Source: Hemiscyllium ocellatum (taxonomy: Eukaryota). Taken from it: a stretch of DNA of 64,000 nt. Positions 25,965-36,439 of the stretch are shown piece after piece; within the stretch, counting starts at the first letter, position 1, and every line of letters begins with the position of its first letter. The translations under genes and the position numbers were made by a program. A model generated the notes under the pieces. It saw only the letters and a list, made by a program, of their open reading frames with translations. It was not told the DNA's origin and did not search any database. The stretch lies in contig NC_083409.1 of assembly GCF_020745735.1 (NCBI RefSeq), positions 6,747,534 to 6,811,533 of the forward strand, given 5' to 3'.

Positions 25965-26670
25965 GGTAAGTGCCGAGGGATTTCCAAACTGTCGGAGGGT
26001 CAGTACTGAAGGAGTGCTGCACTGTCAGAGAGTCAGAACTGGGGGAGTGTCATACTGTCAGAGGATCAGTACTGAGGGAGTGTTGCACTGTCACACGTCA
26101 GTATTGAGGGAATGCTGCATTATCAAAGGGTCAGTACTGAAGGAGTGCTGCACGATTAGAGGTTCAGTGCTGAGAGAGTGCCACACTCTCAGAGGGTCAG
26201 TACTGCGGGAGTGCTGCGCTGTTAGAGGATCAGTACTGAAGGAGTGCTGCACTATCAGAACGTCAGTACTGAGGGAATGCTGCACTATCAGGAGGTCAGT
26301 ACTGATGGAGTGCTGCACTATCAGAGGATCAGTACTGAAGGAGTGCTGCACTATCAGGAGGTCAGTACTGATGGAGTGCTGCACTATCAGAGGATCAGTA
26401 CTGAAGGAGTGCTGCACTATCAGAGGATCAGTACTAAGGGAATGCTATCAGAACGTCAGTATTGAGGGAATGCTGTACTATCAGTAGGTCAGTAATGATG
26501 GAGTGCTGCACTATCAGAGGTTTAATACAGAGAGAGTGCCGCACTCTCAGAGGGTCAGTACTGAGGGAGTGCCACACTGTCAGAGGATCAGTACTGAGGG
26601 AATGCTGCACTTTCAGAGGGTCAGTACTGAGGGAGTGCACCATTTCGGAGGGTCAGTGCTGAGGGAGTGC
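25965..26670. repeat. 33-bp tandem repeat (~21 units) in the cluster 1 J-C intron
   Basis: Unit approximately CACTATCAGAGGATCAGTACTGAAGGAGTGCTG. It gives the 11-aa periodic RGSVLKECCTI in ORF 25699-26487. Confidence 0.92.
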
Positions 26671-27189
26671 GCCATGTCGGACAGACCACCTTTCATTTGG
26701 AAAAATCTGATATCTGCCTCTCAGGAGGCACAATTAGAATATAACAGGGCAGTTCCCCCTAGCGTTCTGATTCTCTGCTCATGTCAATTTGCTATCTGGG
26801 ATCTTGCTGTGTACAAGCACAAGTGAGGGGCATGAGTTATTCCGAGTTGAGGATAGATGCTTCACGATTCCAAGTCTTTCTTTGAGGTTGGAATCTTTGT
26901 GTCCTCACACTAATTATTCTCCGTGTGCTCTCAGCTTCCAGGGGTCAGGAGGTCATGAGGAGTAATGAATTTGCCTGACCCTGGGACAATGAGACTCATT
27001 GCAGTCTCATCCTTGACCTCACCCCAGTGCGGGGCAGCAAGGTTTGAAATGAAATCTAAAACCTTTGACACAGGCACCCAACCTGACTACATCCTGAAGT
27101 GCATTGATTCAAGTCTGCTCCAGTGTTCTCTGATAAAGTCGTTCTGATCTGTGAGTGATCGAGGGTTTGTTAAAGAGATATTGAGACAA

Positions 27190-27730
27190 AGGATCGATGT
27201 CCTTTCGGGAAGGAAATCTGCCGTCCTTACCTTGTCTGGCCCACACGTGACTCCAGACCCACAGCAATGAGTTTAACTGTTAACCACCCTCTGTAATGGC
27301 CGAGCAAGGCCTTCCATTCTAACAATCGCTGGGAAGTCTCAGAAACAGAATGAAACTTGATAGGCAACCTGGCATCGACCTTAGCACCGGAAACAACATC
27401 AAAGAAAACTCTGTCTACCTTGTTACATCCTCCTTACTAACATCTGCGGGCTAGTGTCAAATTCAGGAGAACTGTCTCACAGACTAGACTGACAAGCAAC
27501 AGCCTGACACAGTCGTATTCACATAATTATACCGAACATTCTCCCAGACACCACCATTGCCATCCCTGCGTAGGTCCTGTCCCACCAGCAGGAAAGACCC
27601 AGCAGAGGTGATGACACAGTGATATAGAGCCAGGAGGGAGTGACCCTGGAAATCCTCAACATTGACTCTAGGCCTGATGAAGTCACATGGCATCAGGCCA
27701 GACATGGACAAGGAAACCAGTGGGTGTCTC
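27190..27730 (+). mobile_element. L2-clade LINE/SINE fragments (tail motif and endonuclease N-terminus)
   Basis: AAGGAAATCTGCCGTCCTTACC..CCAGACCCACAGCAATG tail-type motif, plus degenerate endonuclease coding (GELSHRL..QQPD.V; TIAIP..LSH.QDRPSRG-like). Confidence 0.55.
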
Positions 27731-27849
27731 ATCAGCGGTAGGGATACAATTGGAGAAATTTCTGAAGGTCGGATGAATCTCCATTTTGGGGTAGTCAGCT
27801 TGGCTTTGTCAGAGGGAGTCATGCCGAACAAATCTTTTGGAATTTTGTC

Positions 27850-28985
27850 GAGAAAGTGACCAGCTGTGTAGATGACGGAGGTGCAATTTATATGGTTTAT
27901 ATGAATTTCAGTAAGGCCTTTGACAAGGTTGTACTTGGGAGGCTGATAAAGATGATACAAGGCCAAGGGATCCAGGGTAACTTGGCAAGTTGGATCCAAA
28001 CTTGGCTTTGTGACAGGTGACAGAAGGTGATGCTAGAAGGCTGTTTGTGTGACTGGGTCCAGGGTGCAGTCGGATATCACAGGGATCAATGTTGGGTCCC
28101 GCATTGCTTGTGATGTACAGGAACAATGCCGAAGGGAATGTGGAGGTGGACGATAACTGATGTGAATGTGTTTGTGGATGATGTGAAGTTTGGTCGCATG
28201 GTTGTCAGTGAAGAAGAAGGTTTTCGGTTACAACAGGATATAACCGGATTGGTCAGATGGGAAGATCAGAGGCAGCTCGAGTTTAAACCTGATAAATGTG
28301 AGGTGATGCACTTTTGAAGATGCAAAATGCTAACAGGGCAGTTATGAAGGCGATCGGGGGGTACTTGCCTTAATCATTTTAGGTGGAGATTGAAAGAGCA
28401 TGGAGTATATGTTCAAGCTGTACAGAACAGTAATTCGGCCATAGCTGGAGCGCTGTGTGCAGTTGTCGTCACCGTACTGTAGGAGGGATGTGATTTCACT
28501 GGAGGGGGTGCAGAGGAGATTCACCAGAATGTTCCCAGGGATGGAACATTTCAGATGTGAAGAGGATGAATAAGCTGTTGTTGTTTTATTTGGAGCAGAG
28601 AAGGTTTAGGGAGTGAGGGGGATCCTGATGGAGGGGGACAAGGTTATGAGGGTAATGGACAGGGTGATAGAAAATAGCTGTACCCCTGACAGGGAGGGTC
28701 AAGAACAAGTTGGCTCACATTCAATGTGAAAGGCAGCAGCTTTAGAGAGGATTTGTGGAAAAGTTTTTTCACCCAGACTGTGGGGGTCCTGAATGTCTGG
28801 GAGGGGAGTTGAATTGGGAAATCTCACAACTTCCACAAAGTACTTGGATGAGCACCTGAAATGACCGAACATTCTGGGTTATGGGCCCACTTCCGGAGTG
28901 TGGGCGGAGTGTTGATTTAGTGTTTCGTTGGTGGCATAGACCTGATGGGGCGAATGACCATTTCTATTCTGTATGATTCTATGAA
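27850..28985 (+). mobile_element. CR1 LINE RT to 3' end
   Basis: ATGAATTTCAGTAAGGCCTTTGACAAGGT (MNFSKAFDKV, ~27901), FVDDVKF and EFKPDKCEVMHF (28126 ORF), and a TATGATTC tail at ~28975. Confidence 0.88.
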
Positions 28986-29244
28986 TTCTCCCGCTGATTA
29001 CTATGTACTGTTCTCCCTCGGCTGATGAATCAGTCTCTCTGCCACATTGAACTCAGAATGTACACTGGGTGGGGGACTTCAAACTGCAGCAGCAAAAATG
29101 AATTTTAATAAATGTCCATTATTTTGTTAGGTTTGTTCTGTATTGTATACAAATGTTCAAACTGATAGTTCTGCAAAATAAATGTTTGGAGAGTTAAAAT
29201 CCTGCCGAATGGCAGGGATTAAAATTGTTTCTCTTGTCTTTCAG

Positions 29245-29573
29245 GCGGTGAGAATTCACAACCCAAGCTGACCCTGCTGCCCCCCTACCCGGAGCAGGTC
29301 AATGCCACTGGCACTGCCACCCTGGTGTGCCTTGCCAATCACTTCTATCCCGATGAGCTGGAGGTGCAGTGGAAGAAGGATGGTGCAGTCATTTCGGACG
29401 GGGTTCAGACCAGCAACTACCTGCGAGCTTCGGACAGCACCTACAGTGTCAGCAGCCTGCTGACCCTCTCTGGGTCTGACTGGGAGTCCAACGCTCGCTT
29501 CTCCTGTGCCGTCACCCATGTGACCCTCCCCTCCCCTCTCAGCAAGAGCATCACGAGATCAGAATGTGTTTAG
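29245..29573 (+). CDS. IGKC: Ig kappa constant exon, cluster 1
   Basis: Acceptor TTGTCTTTCAG|GC. Translates as (S)GENSQPKLTLLPPYPEQVNATGTATLVCLANHFYPDELEVQWKKDG...FSCAVTHVTLPSPLSKSITRSECV-stop. It has C1-set Cys/Trp/Cys, the penultimate interchain Cys, and phase compatible with the J donor. Confidence 0.97.
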
Positions 29574-30088
29574 TGTGTTTGAACAGTTCACAGAGGAGAC
29601 ACAACTTTAAATAGAACAGGGCTGAGCTGGCAGGTCAAAGGTTATTGTCCGCACTGAATTTCAACACTCTTCCTTCTCAGAACTGGCTCAGAGACACTAC
29701 TGATGTTCAGGGCTCACGCCAGTTCATTGGTACAATGGAGAACGAGTTTTACTCGGTATCTAACCCTCGCTGTCCCTGTCCTTTGATGGGGACAGGGGTT
29801 ACTTGTGATGCCAACTAAAATTAGTTGAAGTTGCTGAAAACTGTCAGCTGTACAAAACAAGTTAAACCTCAGAAGTCTCTGCTTCAGTAAATCAGATCTC
29901 CTTCCTGCTCAGCCGCCAGTTCCAATTTAAGGTTTTGTCACTGTTTAAAGGGACAGGATTCTCATGTTATTGAGAAAAGCTCCACAAGCATTTTCCTCAA
30001 ACTCCATTGTGATTGTGTACGTGTACAACTTCCTCTGTTTGGGCTGTAATTACAGTTTTTTTCTGTTGATGTCAATCTGGGAAAAGGG

Positions 30089-30094
30089 AATAAA
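30089..30094 (+). terminator. Probable poly(A) signal, cluster 1
   Basis: First canonical AATAAA I found after the stop (516 bp downstream). It is conserved at the homologous position in cluster 2 (49538-49533). Confidence 0.5.
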
Positions 30095-30869
30095 GATGAA
30101 GAAGATTCAGTCTCTGTCTTGTGAATGCTTTGGAAATATTCCACCACCCCCTCAGGTGATTGGCAGAATATCAGCAAAATGATTGTCATGATTGGCTGCT
30201 TGGTCTGTCAATGAATGACACATTGGCTGAAATTTGGACTGACAGCCAATCATCAATCATTTCCAAGTGATCTCTTTGTTGGGGAATCTATGAGTTTACA
30301 AGATTCCAAACAGAACAGAAACTGAAAGCTGCTGGGGATGAATCATTACAATCTGAGGCATTTCCTCTTCACTCTGTTTATCCAAACCCAGTTGGTGGGA
30401 TCGCACTTTGACCTCTCTGCTGCTGCTGGGCAACACCTGAAACGAACTTAGGCCAGTCGCAGATGCTGGACAGTACAGTCGTGACATTCACTTCTCCCAC
30501 CTGACCCTGTTCCTCACAGCGACAGCTCAAAAGTGAACTGAGTAAGATCTTAGTTCAGAGAAAGGATCAGTCACGATCTCACCGCATACATGCCTCTGTA
30601 TAAGTGTGTCTGTTACCAAAAACTTTCTGTCGGTATGTGGTCAGTGTGGGTGTGACTGTCATTCAATGCTGTCTGTGGGTGTGTGTCTGTCAGTGTGGGT
30701 CGCACTGTCACTGTAACAACTGCACAGGGGCCAGTATCCCGTTGTGTGGAGGGTCCTTGACACTGATCCAGTTCCTTCCGAGGCAGCTCTCAGAGCAAAC
30801 GGGATGTCTGACACTCCTGTTTCTTTCTGATGTAAAGTGTCAGTGATGGACTGGGGTGGACAAAGTCAG

Positions 30870-30995
30870 AATTCACACGACACCAGGTTATAGTCCAACA
30901 GATGTACTTGACATCAGAAGCTTTCAGATTGCTGCTCCTTAGTCAAGTGAATAATTTCAAAAAAATCAGTTGGACTATAACCTGGTGTCATGTGA
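30870..30995. mobile_element. Inverted-repeat PLE-terminal-type fragment (second family)
   Basis: GACACCAGGTTATAGTCCAAC ... GTTGGACTATAACCTGGTGTC arms around a degenerate GGAGCAGC..GAAAGCTT core. Related to 48484-48550. Confidence 0.55.
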
Positions 30996-31544
30996 CTTCT
31001 GACTCTGTTTATTTCTGTCAGCCATGTCTCCCTGACTGGATCAGATTATCTGTCCCAATCAGGGAATTCATATTCTGTTAGATTCACTTGGCTGACCTCC
31101 AAGCTTCTGGACAATATGATGGAAACTCGGACACTCTTTCCTAATCTCAGGCGGCTCGAGGAGGTGGGATGGGAGGTAGCACATTTTGCTCTGGCGATGA
31201 AGTTGCATTCAATTGCCCAGCTCCTGGGTACCCAATCCGTGCACACACCATGCAGTATAACTGATCACACACACAGGCATTTCTGTTGGGGTACACAGCA
31301 TGATGGGTCTAGGCTCGCTGCTTCCAACCAGAATTATGTAGATTCAAGGCCTGTGCCAGAGATTTGGGAATGGTGCTGAACTTTGTCAGTATGGTGTACG
31401 CAGTGAGGGGAATCCTGCTCTGTCACACAGCCAGTCTTTTAGATGAGCCCTAAATCTTGTCCTGGGACTAATTTCAAAAATCAGGGAAGGTGATCACATG
31501 CTGAGTGTCACTTGTCTCTCACAGCCCACCATCATCCAACAGTC

Positions 31545-32080
31545 TTCCCCTCACTCCCCAGTCACGAAGCCTGGGCCTGGGTCTCCCCCTCACTCCCCAG
31601 TCACGGAGCCTGGGCCTGGGACACACCCTTCATTCCCCAGTCACGGAGCCTGGGCCTGGGTCTCCCCTCACTCCCCAGTCACGGAGCCTGGGCCCTGGGT
31701 CTCCCCTCACTCACAGTCATGGAGCCTGGGCCTGCGTCTCCCCCTCACTTCCAAGTCACTAGTCTGTGCCCTGTGTCTCCCCCTCACTCCCCAGTCACGG
31801 AACCTGGGCCCTAGATCACCCCATCACTCCCCAAACATGGAGCCTGGGCCTGGGTCTCCCCTCACTCCCCAGTCACGGAGCCTGGGCCCTGGGTCTCCCC
31901 TCACTCACAGTCATGGAGCCTTGGCCTGGGTCTCCCCCTCACTCCCCAGTCATGGAGTCTGGGCCTATGCCTCCTCCTCATCCCCAGTCACGGAGCCTCT
32001 GCCTGGGTCTCCACCTCATTTCCCAGTCACGGAGTCTTGACCCTGGGTCTCTCCCTCACTCCCCAGTCACGGAGCCTGGA
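31545..32080. repeat. Minisatellite, ~14 units of ~38-40 bp, C-rich on + strand
   Basis: Unit approximately TCCCCTCACTCCCCAGTCACGGAGCCTGGGCCTGGGTC. It explains the Pro-rich ORFs at 31498-32140. Confidence 0.92.
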
Positions 32081-33169
32081 TCTTTCTCTGTTCCCACCCT
32101 CTCCCTCTGTCGCAGAGTCTGGGAGGGGGTCAAGAAGTAACTCTCTGAGCCTCGAGTGTGCCATCACAGAACAGCAAGGAACGTCCCGATTGAAGGAGGA
32201 GATGACATGCTGGGCTACGTTGTCTCGAGGAAGCTGTTCAATATTGAACAGAACCAGCAGGAAAGGGCTGAACAACCAAGTTTCTGGACTGTAAGCAAAT
32301 GGGAATGGGACATGGAACAGGCAGATACACAGAGACGGACAATCACACCGAGAGGACCAAACTAGAAAGGTGACACTATTACGCAGCAGATGGAGTTTAA
32401 AGACACAGAGTGGAAGGTCATACACTTCAGTAGGCATAATCAAAATACAGATTATTATTTAAATGGAGAGAGATTCCAACAAAGTGCAGTGCAGAGGGAT
32501 CTGAGTGTTTTTCTGCATGAAACACAAAAAGTTATTGCAGGTGCTTTAGGTCTTTGAGAAGGTGAATGGAATTGAGGCTTTTATTGCTGGGGGGTTGGAA
32601 TGTTAAAATCGAGAAACCTTGTTTTAACTGAACAGGATGTTAGTGAGCCTGCACATGGAGTACTGTGTTCACTTTTGGTCTCTGTATATAAGAAAGGATG
32701 GGCTGGCATTGGAGTCCTCCTCCTGCTCCTATTTCCCATGTTCTTGTGAGCTCCAGTGTCATTCCCTCACAGCAGAACTGGTTTGGCGCCTACCTGCAGT
32801 AGCAGCTTCCAGCCTCTGGGTGGTGCCTTGCCCAACCTCCCGATTCCTCTCTCCAGTTTCCTGCTGCATTCGGTGGGGGAGGAGATACAATTGGCCATTC
32901 CGTTATCCTCAATCCCTCCCCCATCTCCCAAAGTCTCCAATCTGGCCTTCTCCCTCATGACTGGCAGCTGTGTCTTCAGTCTCCTAGGCCCTCAGTATAG
33001 GAATTTCCTCCACAAACCTCTCTCACTTCTTATTACGGGCTCTTTGTCTCCTGGTCATCAACAAAAACATTGTATGTTCCCAACTTTTGGATGGTTCCTA
33101 CATTAAAGATGTTTTATCAATACAATTGTCATTTTGTTATTGCAGACCAGGAGGTATTTGTTGACAGTT

Positions 33170-33570
33170 TTCACTGATATAAGAGGAAAGGGAATGACCA
33201 CTGGCTGTGGAGAGGTGATCATTTTCAGCCAGCTGTACCAACACCACCAGCTCACCAGCTTCATTAAGGTAGCACCTTCCAAACCCACCAACTGTTCCAT
33301 CTCGAAGGAAAGGGGCAACAGTCATATGGGGACATAACACCCTGCAAATACACCCTCAGGTCACTCACCACCCTGACTTGGAAATACATCATTATTCCTT
33401 CACTGTCACTGGGAAAAAAAATCTGGAATTCCCACCCAAAGAGCATTGTGGGTCTTCCTACAGTACATGGACTGCAGCAGTTCAAGAAGGCAGTGCACCA
33501 CCACCTTCACAGCTAGAGATGGGTATAAAATGCCGGCAAAGCCACTGATGCCCACATCTCATGAATGCAT
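33170..33570 (+). mobile_element. L2-clade LINE 3' fragment
   Basis: CACCACCCTGACTTGGAAATA..CCTTCACTGTCACTGG..GGACTGCAGCAGTTCAAGAAGGCAG is typical of L2-type 3' ends in sharks (recognised by eye). Confidence 0.55.
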
Positions 33571-34984
33571 TTTAAGAAGCCCGTATGCTTTGCGATCTCC
33601 CTCGTACCCAGCCCAATACTCAAGCCTCACTGGCTGCTTGGGTTTTATTTTCCAGCTTCTTCCATTCTCTGCTCCGTGTCCTAGCCCCAAAGTCCTGGTC
33701 AATAGCTCGCTGCTATTGTGGGAGCCTGCTGAGAGTAAATGGACTGATGCATTCCCCACATTACAACATTGTCTCCACATCAGAAGTATTCCATTGACTG
33801 TAAACAGCATTGAACATCATGAGCTCATGAAAGGTGTAACAGAAATACAATTCTCTCTCCTTTTTGTTTCCTCTCCATGCATTCCCATCTGTCTCCTCAC
33901 AACAGCCCCTCCTTGTTTAAAATCTGGACTGACTCCTACTTCTCTGGGAGACATCACACTGCGACAACATTTGAGACTGATGACCACCTTCTCGGTGGGC
34001 TTTGAATGTGAAGGTCAATAACACTCTCATTGGGACTAGATCTGGGTTGTCTCCATTCAGTCAGTGTTATTGTTCTGTGGCCAGACAGTCCTGACCAACC
34101 TTAGACCCTGTGATCTGACTGAGATGGAGGGTGAGCTGTGCCGGGTATTAACACATGGGTCAGTATAGTGCAACAGGGATTACCCATTTCACAAGAAAGT
34201 AAATGAAATTAACAAACCGGGTGGCTGTCAAGCCCCTCCCTGATGCTGAGAGAGTTGGAGGACAGAAACAGTCTCATCCTCAGAGAGAAAGGATGCTCAA
34301 AATGGCATGGCCCCAAAGCGGGAGGGGAGAGGAACAATTACACTCCCCTGAGAGAGAGGGGACAGTTACAGTGACACCAGAGACAGGAGACAGTAACTGT
34401 CTTTTAATCAATTTCTTGTTGTGTTCTGATGAATGACCTTGGAAAATTGGTTAGGTTCATATTTTCTCAGTTGTATTTGGCTTTGATGAAGTGATTTGGT
34501 AACAATGATTCCAATTCCATATTTCGTGTGGCAGCAGATCTACTGAAGGTCATGCTTTCATTTGGAGGTTGCCCAGGTTTCTGTCCAGGCTGATACAGCA
34601 TGACCTACCAGTGGTGTTCCTATTGGACTAAACCATCACACACGAGGGAATCTGACAGTCACTTTCTCTTTGTGCTAGCAAAGGGAGGGATTTGCTTGTG
34701 CTGCAATGGCAGCCAAAGAAATGGGTCAGTGGAGGTAATTTTCCTTGAAAGCTGGACGTAGTGGGATGAGAATTCATACACCCACCTACTCCGTCACACG
34801 GTGTTGAAGACCGTGTCCTCATCAAAACATGTTTGCAAAGCTCTTCGTAACACGTAAGGGGAGAGAAACATTGAAAACTGTATGATCACGCGTGAGGGTC
34901 CATTAACAACTAGGACCAATATGTTAAATGATCCCGGCACTGACATATTTCCATCATTAGTTTGTTAAGCAATATTAAAATGTC

Positions 34985-35335
34985 TGTGATCAGAAAGAAA
35001 AACCAAAACATTGTGCAGATTGTTGAACAGGCCCCTACACCTGGGCCTGAGGCAGGAGCCCAAGCTCCAACACACTGGCCTCACTTCACACCAACATTCA
35101 CACAGTGTGGCGTCATGAACTCCGGCCATCAATTCCTCTGGGACCGGGACAGAGTGAGGGAACAGGGACAATTGTAGAAGAGTCAATGAGGAGTAAGGCA
35201 AGATGGAGAGGATGTTTTAGAAAGGGGTTAGAGGAGGAAATATACTTTGTCCCACTCAATACTGATATTGTCTACGTGTATCAGAGAATGAATTAAAAAA
35301 ACACACTTTGAGGACAATCATATCACTGAGGACAT
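34985..35335 (+). promoter_or_regulatory. Conserved non-coding block downstream of C1 (candidate 3' enhancer)
   Basis: Inverted homologue at ~45440-45790. Segment 35012-35095 is identical to the reverse complement of 45683-45766 and contains the E-box CACCTG (35038-35043). Confidence 0.45.
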
Positions 35336-35879
35336 TTCATTGTGGTGAGATAAATATCCTGTTTCAGAAGCTTTCCCACCCTCTCTCTCTTTGCTCATTT
35401 CTCCGGATTGAACTGGTTAGACCCAAGCAGGGCACCAGTTCATTTGTTCTCTTCAGGGACAGTGAAACAGCGGCCCTCTGGTTGCTATAGAGTGCTGGTT
35501 CCGCTGCTGAGAACCACACATCAAAGTCCCAAGCCATGAGTATCTGAACGAAACAGCAGCCATTCCAATGGATTCCAGTGGGAATGAGTTATCGGTTGTT
35601 TCGGCCTGGATCTCCAGTCAGTCAATCAGGCCATGGCTGACCTGGAACATATTCCCACTTAATTCTGTAACGCTTATCTTCCTGAGTAAATGAAAATTGG
35701 AGAGTAGACAGACACAAGACAGAGCGAGGCCTTCGAGAACACAGAGAGCTTTCACTCTTCACAGCAAGGCTGTCATGGGAAACATCTGGTGAAGGGCTTG
35801 GAAGGAGGCGGGAGGAGACAGGCATGGGAAAAGAGACCTGACATTTCAAAGTAAAAACTGAATGCATTTTTTAGATTAC

Positions 35880-36110
35880 TTACAGTGTGGAAACAGACCC
35901 TTCAGCCCAACAAATCCACGCCTAACACTACGGGCAATTTAGCATGGCCAATTCACCTAACCTGCACATTTTTGGATTGTGGGAGGAAACCAGAGCACCT
36001 GGAGGAAACCCACGCAGACACGGGAACAATGTGCAAACTCCACACAGAGAGTAGCCTGAGGTGGGAATTGAATACTATGCCACTGTGCTGCCCACATATT
36101 GCCATCATCT
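35880..36110 (-). mobile_element. V-SINE (HE1-like)
   Basis: The minus strand carries the V-domain GTGTGGAGTTTGCACATTGTTCCCGTGTCTGCGTGGGTTTCCTCCAGGTGCTCTGGTTTCCTCCCAC. Confidence 0.8.
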
Positions 36111-36439
36111 AATGAATTAATGTGAGAGGATTAGAGACCCATAACAGGGAGAGTGTGGTAGACCCGAGGCTAAAAGGCAGACAGCAAAGAGCTGCATTAT
36201 TCATTCTCAGGGCATTAATGTCATTGACAAGCCTCATATTTATTGCCATCTCCATCTGCTCGGACTGAGTTCTTTGCTGAGGGAGTTCATGGGGCTGTTA
36301 AGAATGAATCATGACACTGTGGGACTAGAGTCACAGACCGGATGATGACTGGGATCCCTTGCCTAAAGAACACTTGTGAACATGACATTGAGTTTCATGT
36401 TTTTTGTTTATACCCATCCCAGCACCTTCCTTCCCAGAA

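Noticed and set aside
25699-26487. 262-aa Cys-rich ORF (RGSVLKECCTI repeats)
   Set aside because: It is an artefact of a 33-bp tandem repeat whose period is divisible by three. It lies inside the J-C intron with no gene signals.
25965-26670. Array of heptamer-like CACTGTC/CACTATC words as cryptic RSSs
   Set aside because: No nonamer at 12 or 23 bp spacing, and the words are simply part of the repeat unit.
29069-29082. GGGGGACTTC as an intronic NF-kB site upstream of C1
   Set aside because: It mismatches the GGGRNNYYCC consensus and lies outside the region conserved with cluster 2.
29256-29519. Minus-strand ORF over C1 (and plus-strand ORF 49970-50194 over C2)
   Set aside because: These are antisense shadows of the Ig C exons.
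31498-32140. Pro-rich ORFs in three frames
   Set aside because: They are translations of the ~39-bp minisatellite.
35101-35107. CACAGTG heptamers downstream of the C exons (also 45469 and 49236) as a kappa-deleting-element-like RSS
   Set aside because: There is no nonamer at either spacing, and they are not conserved between the paralogous blocks.
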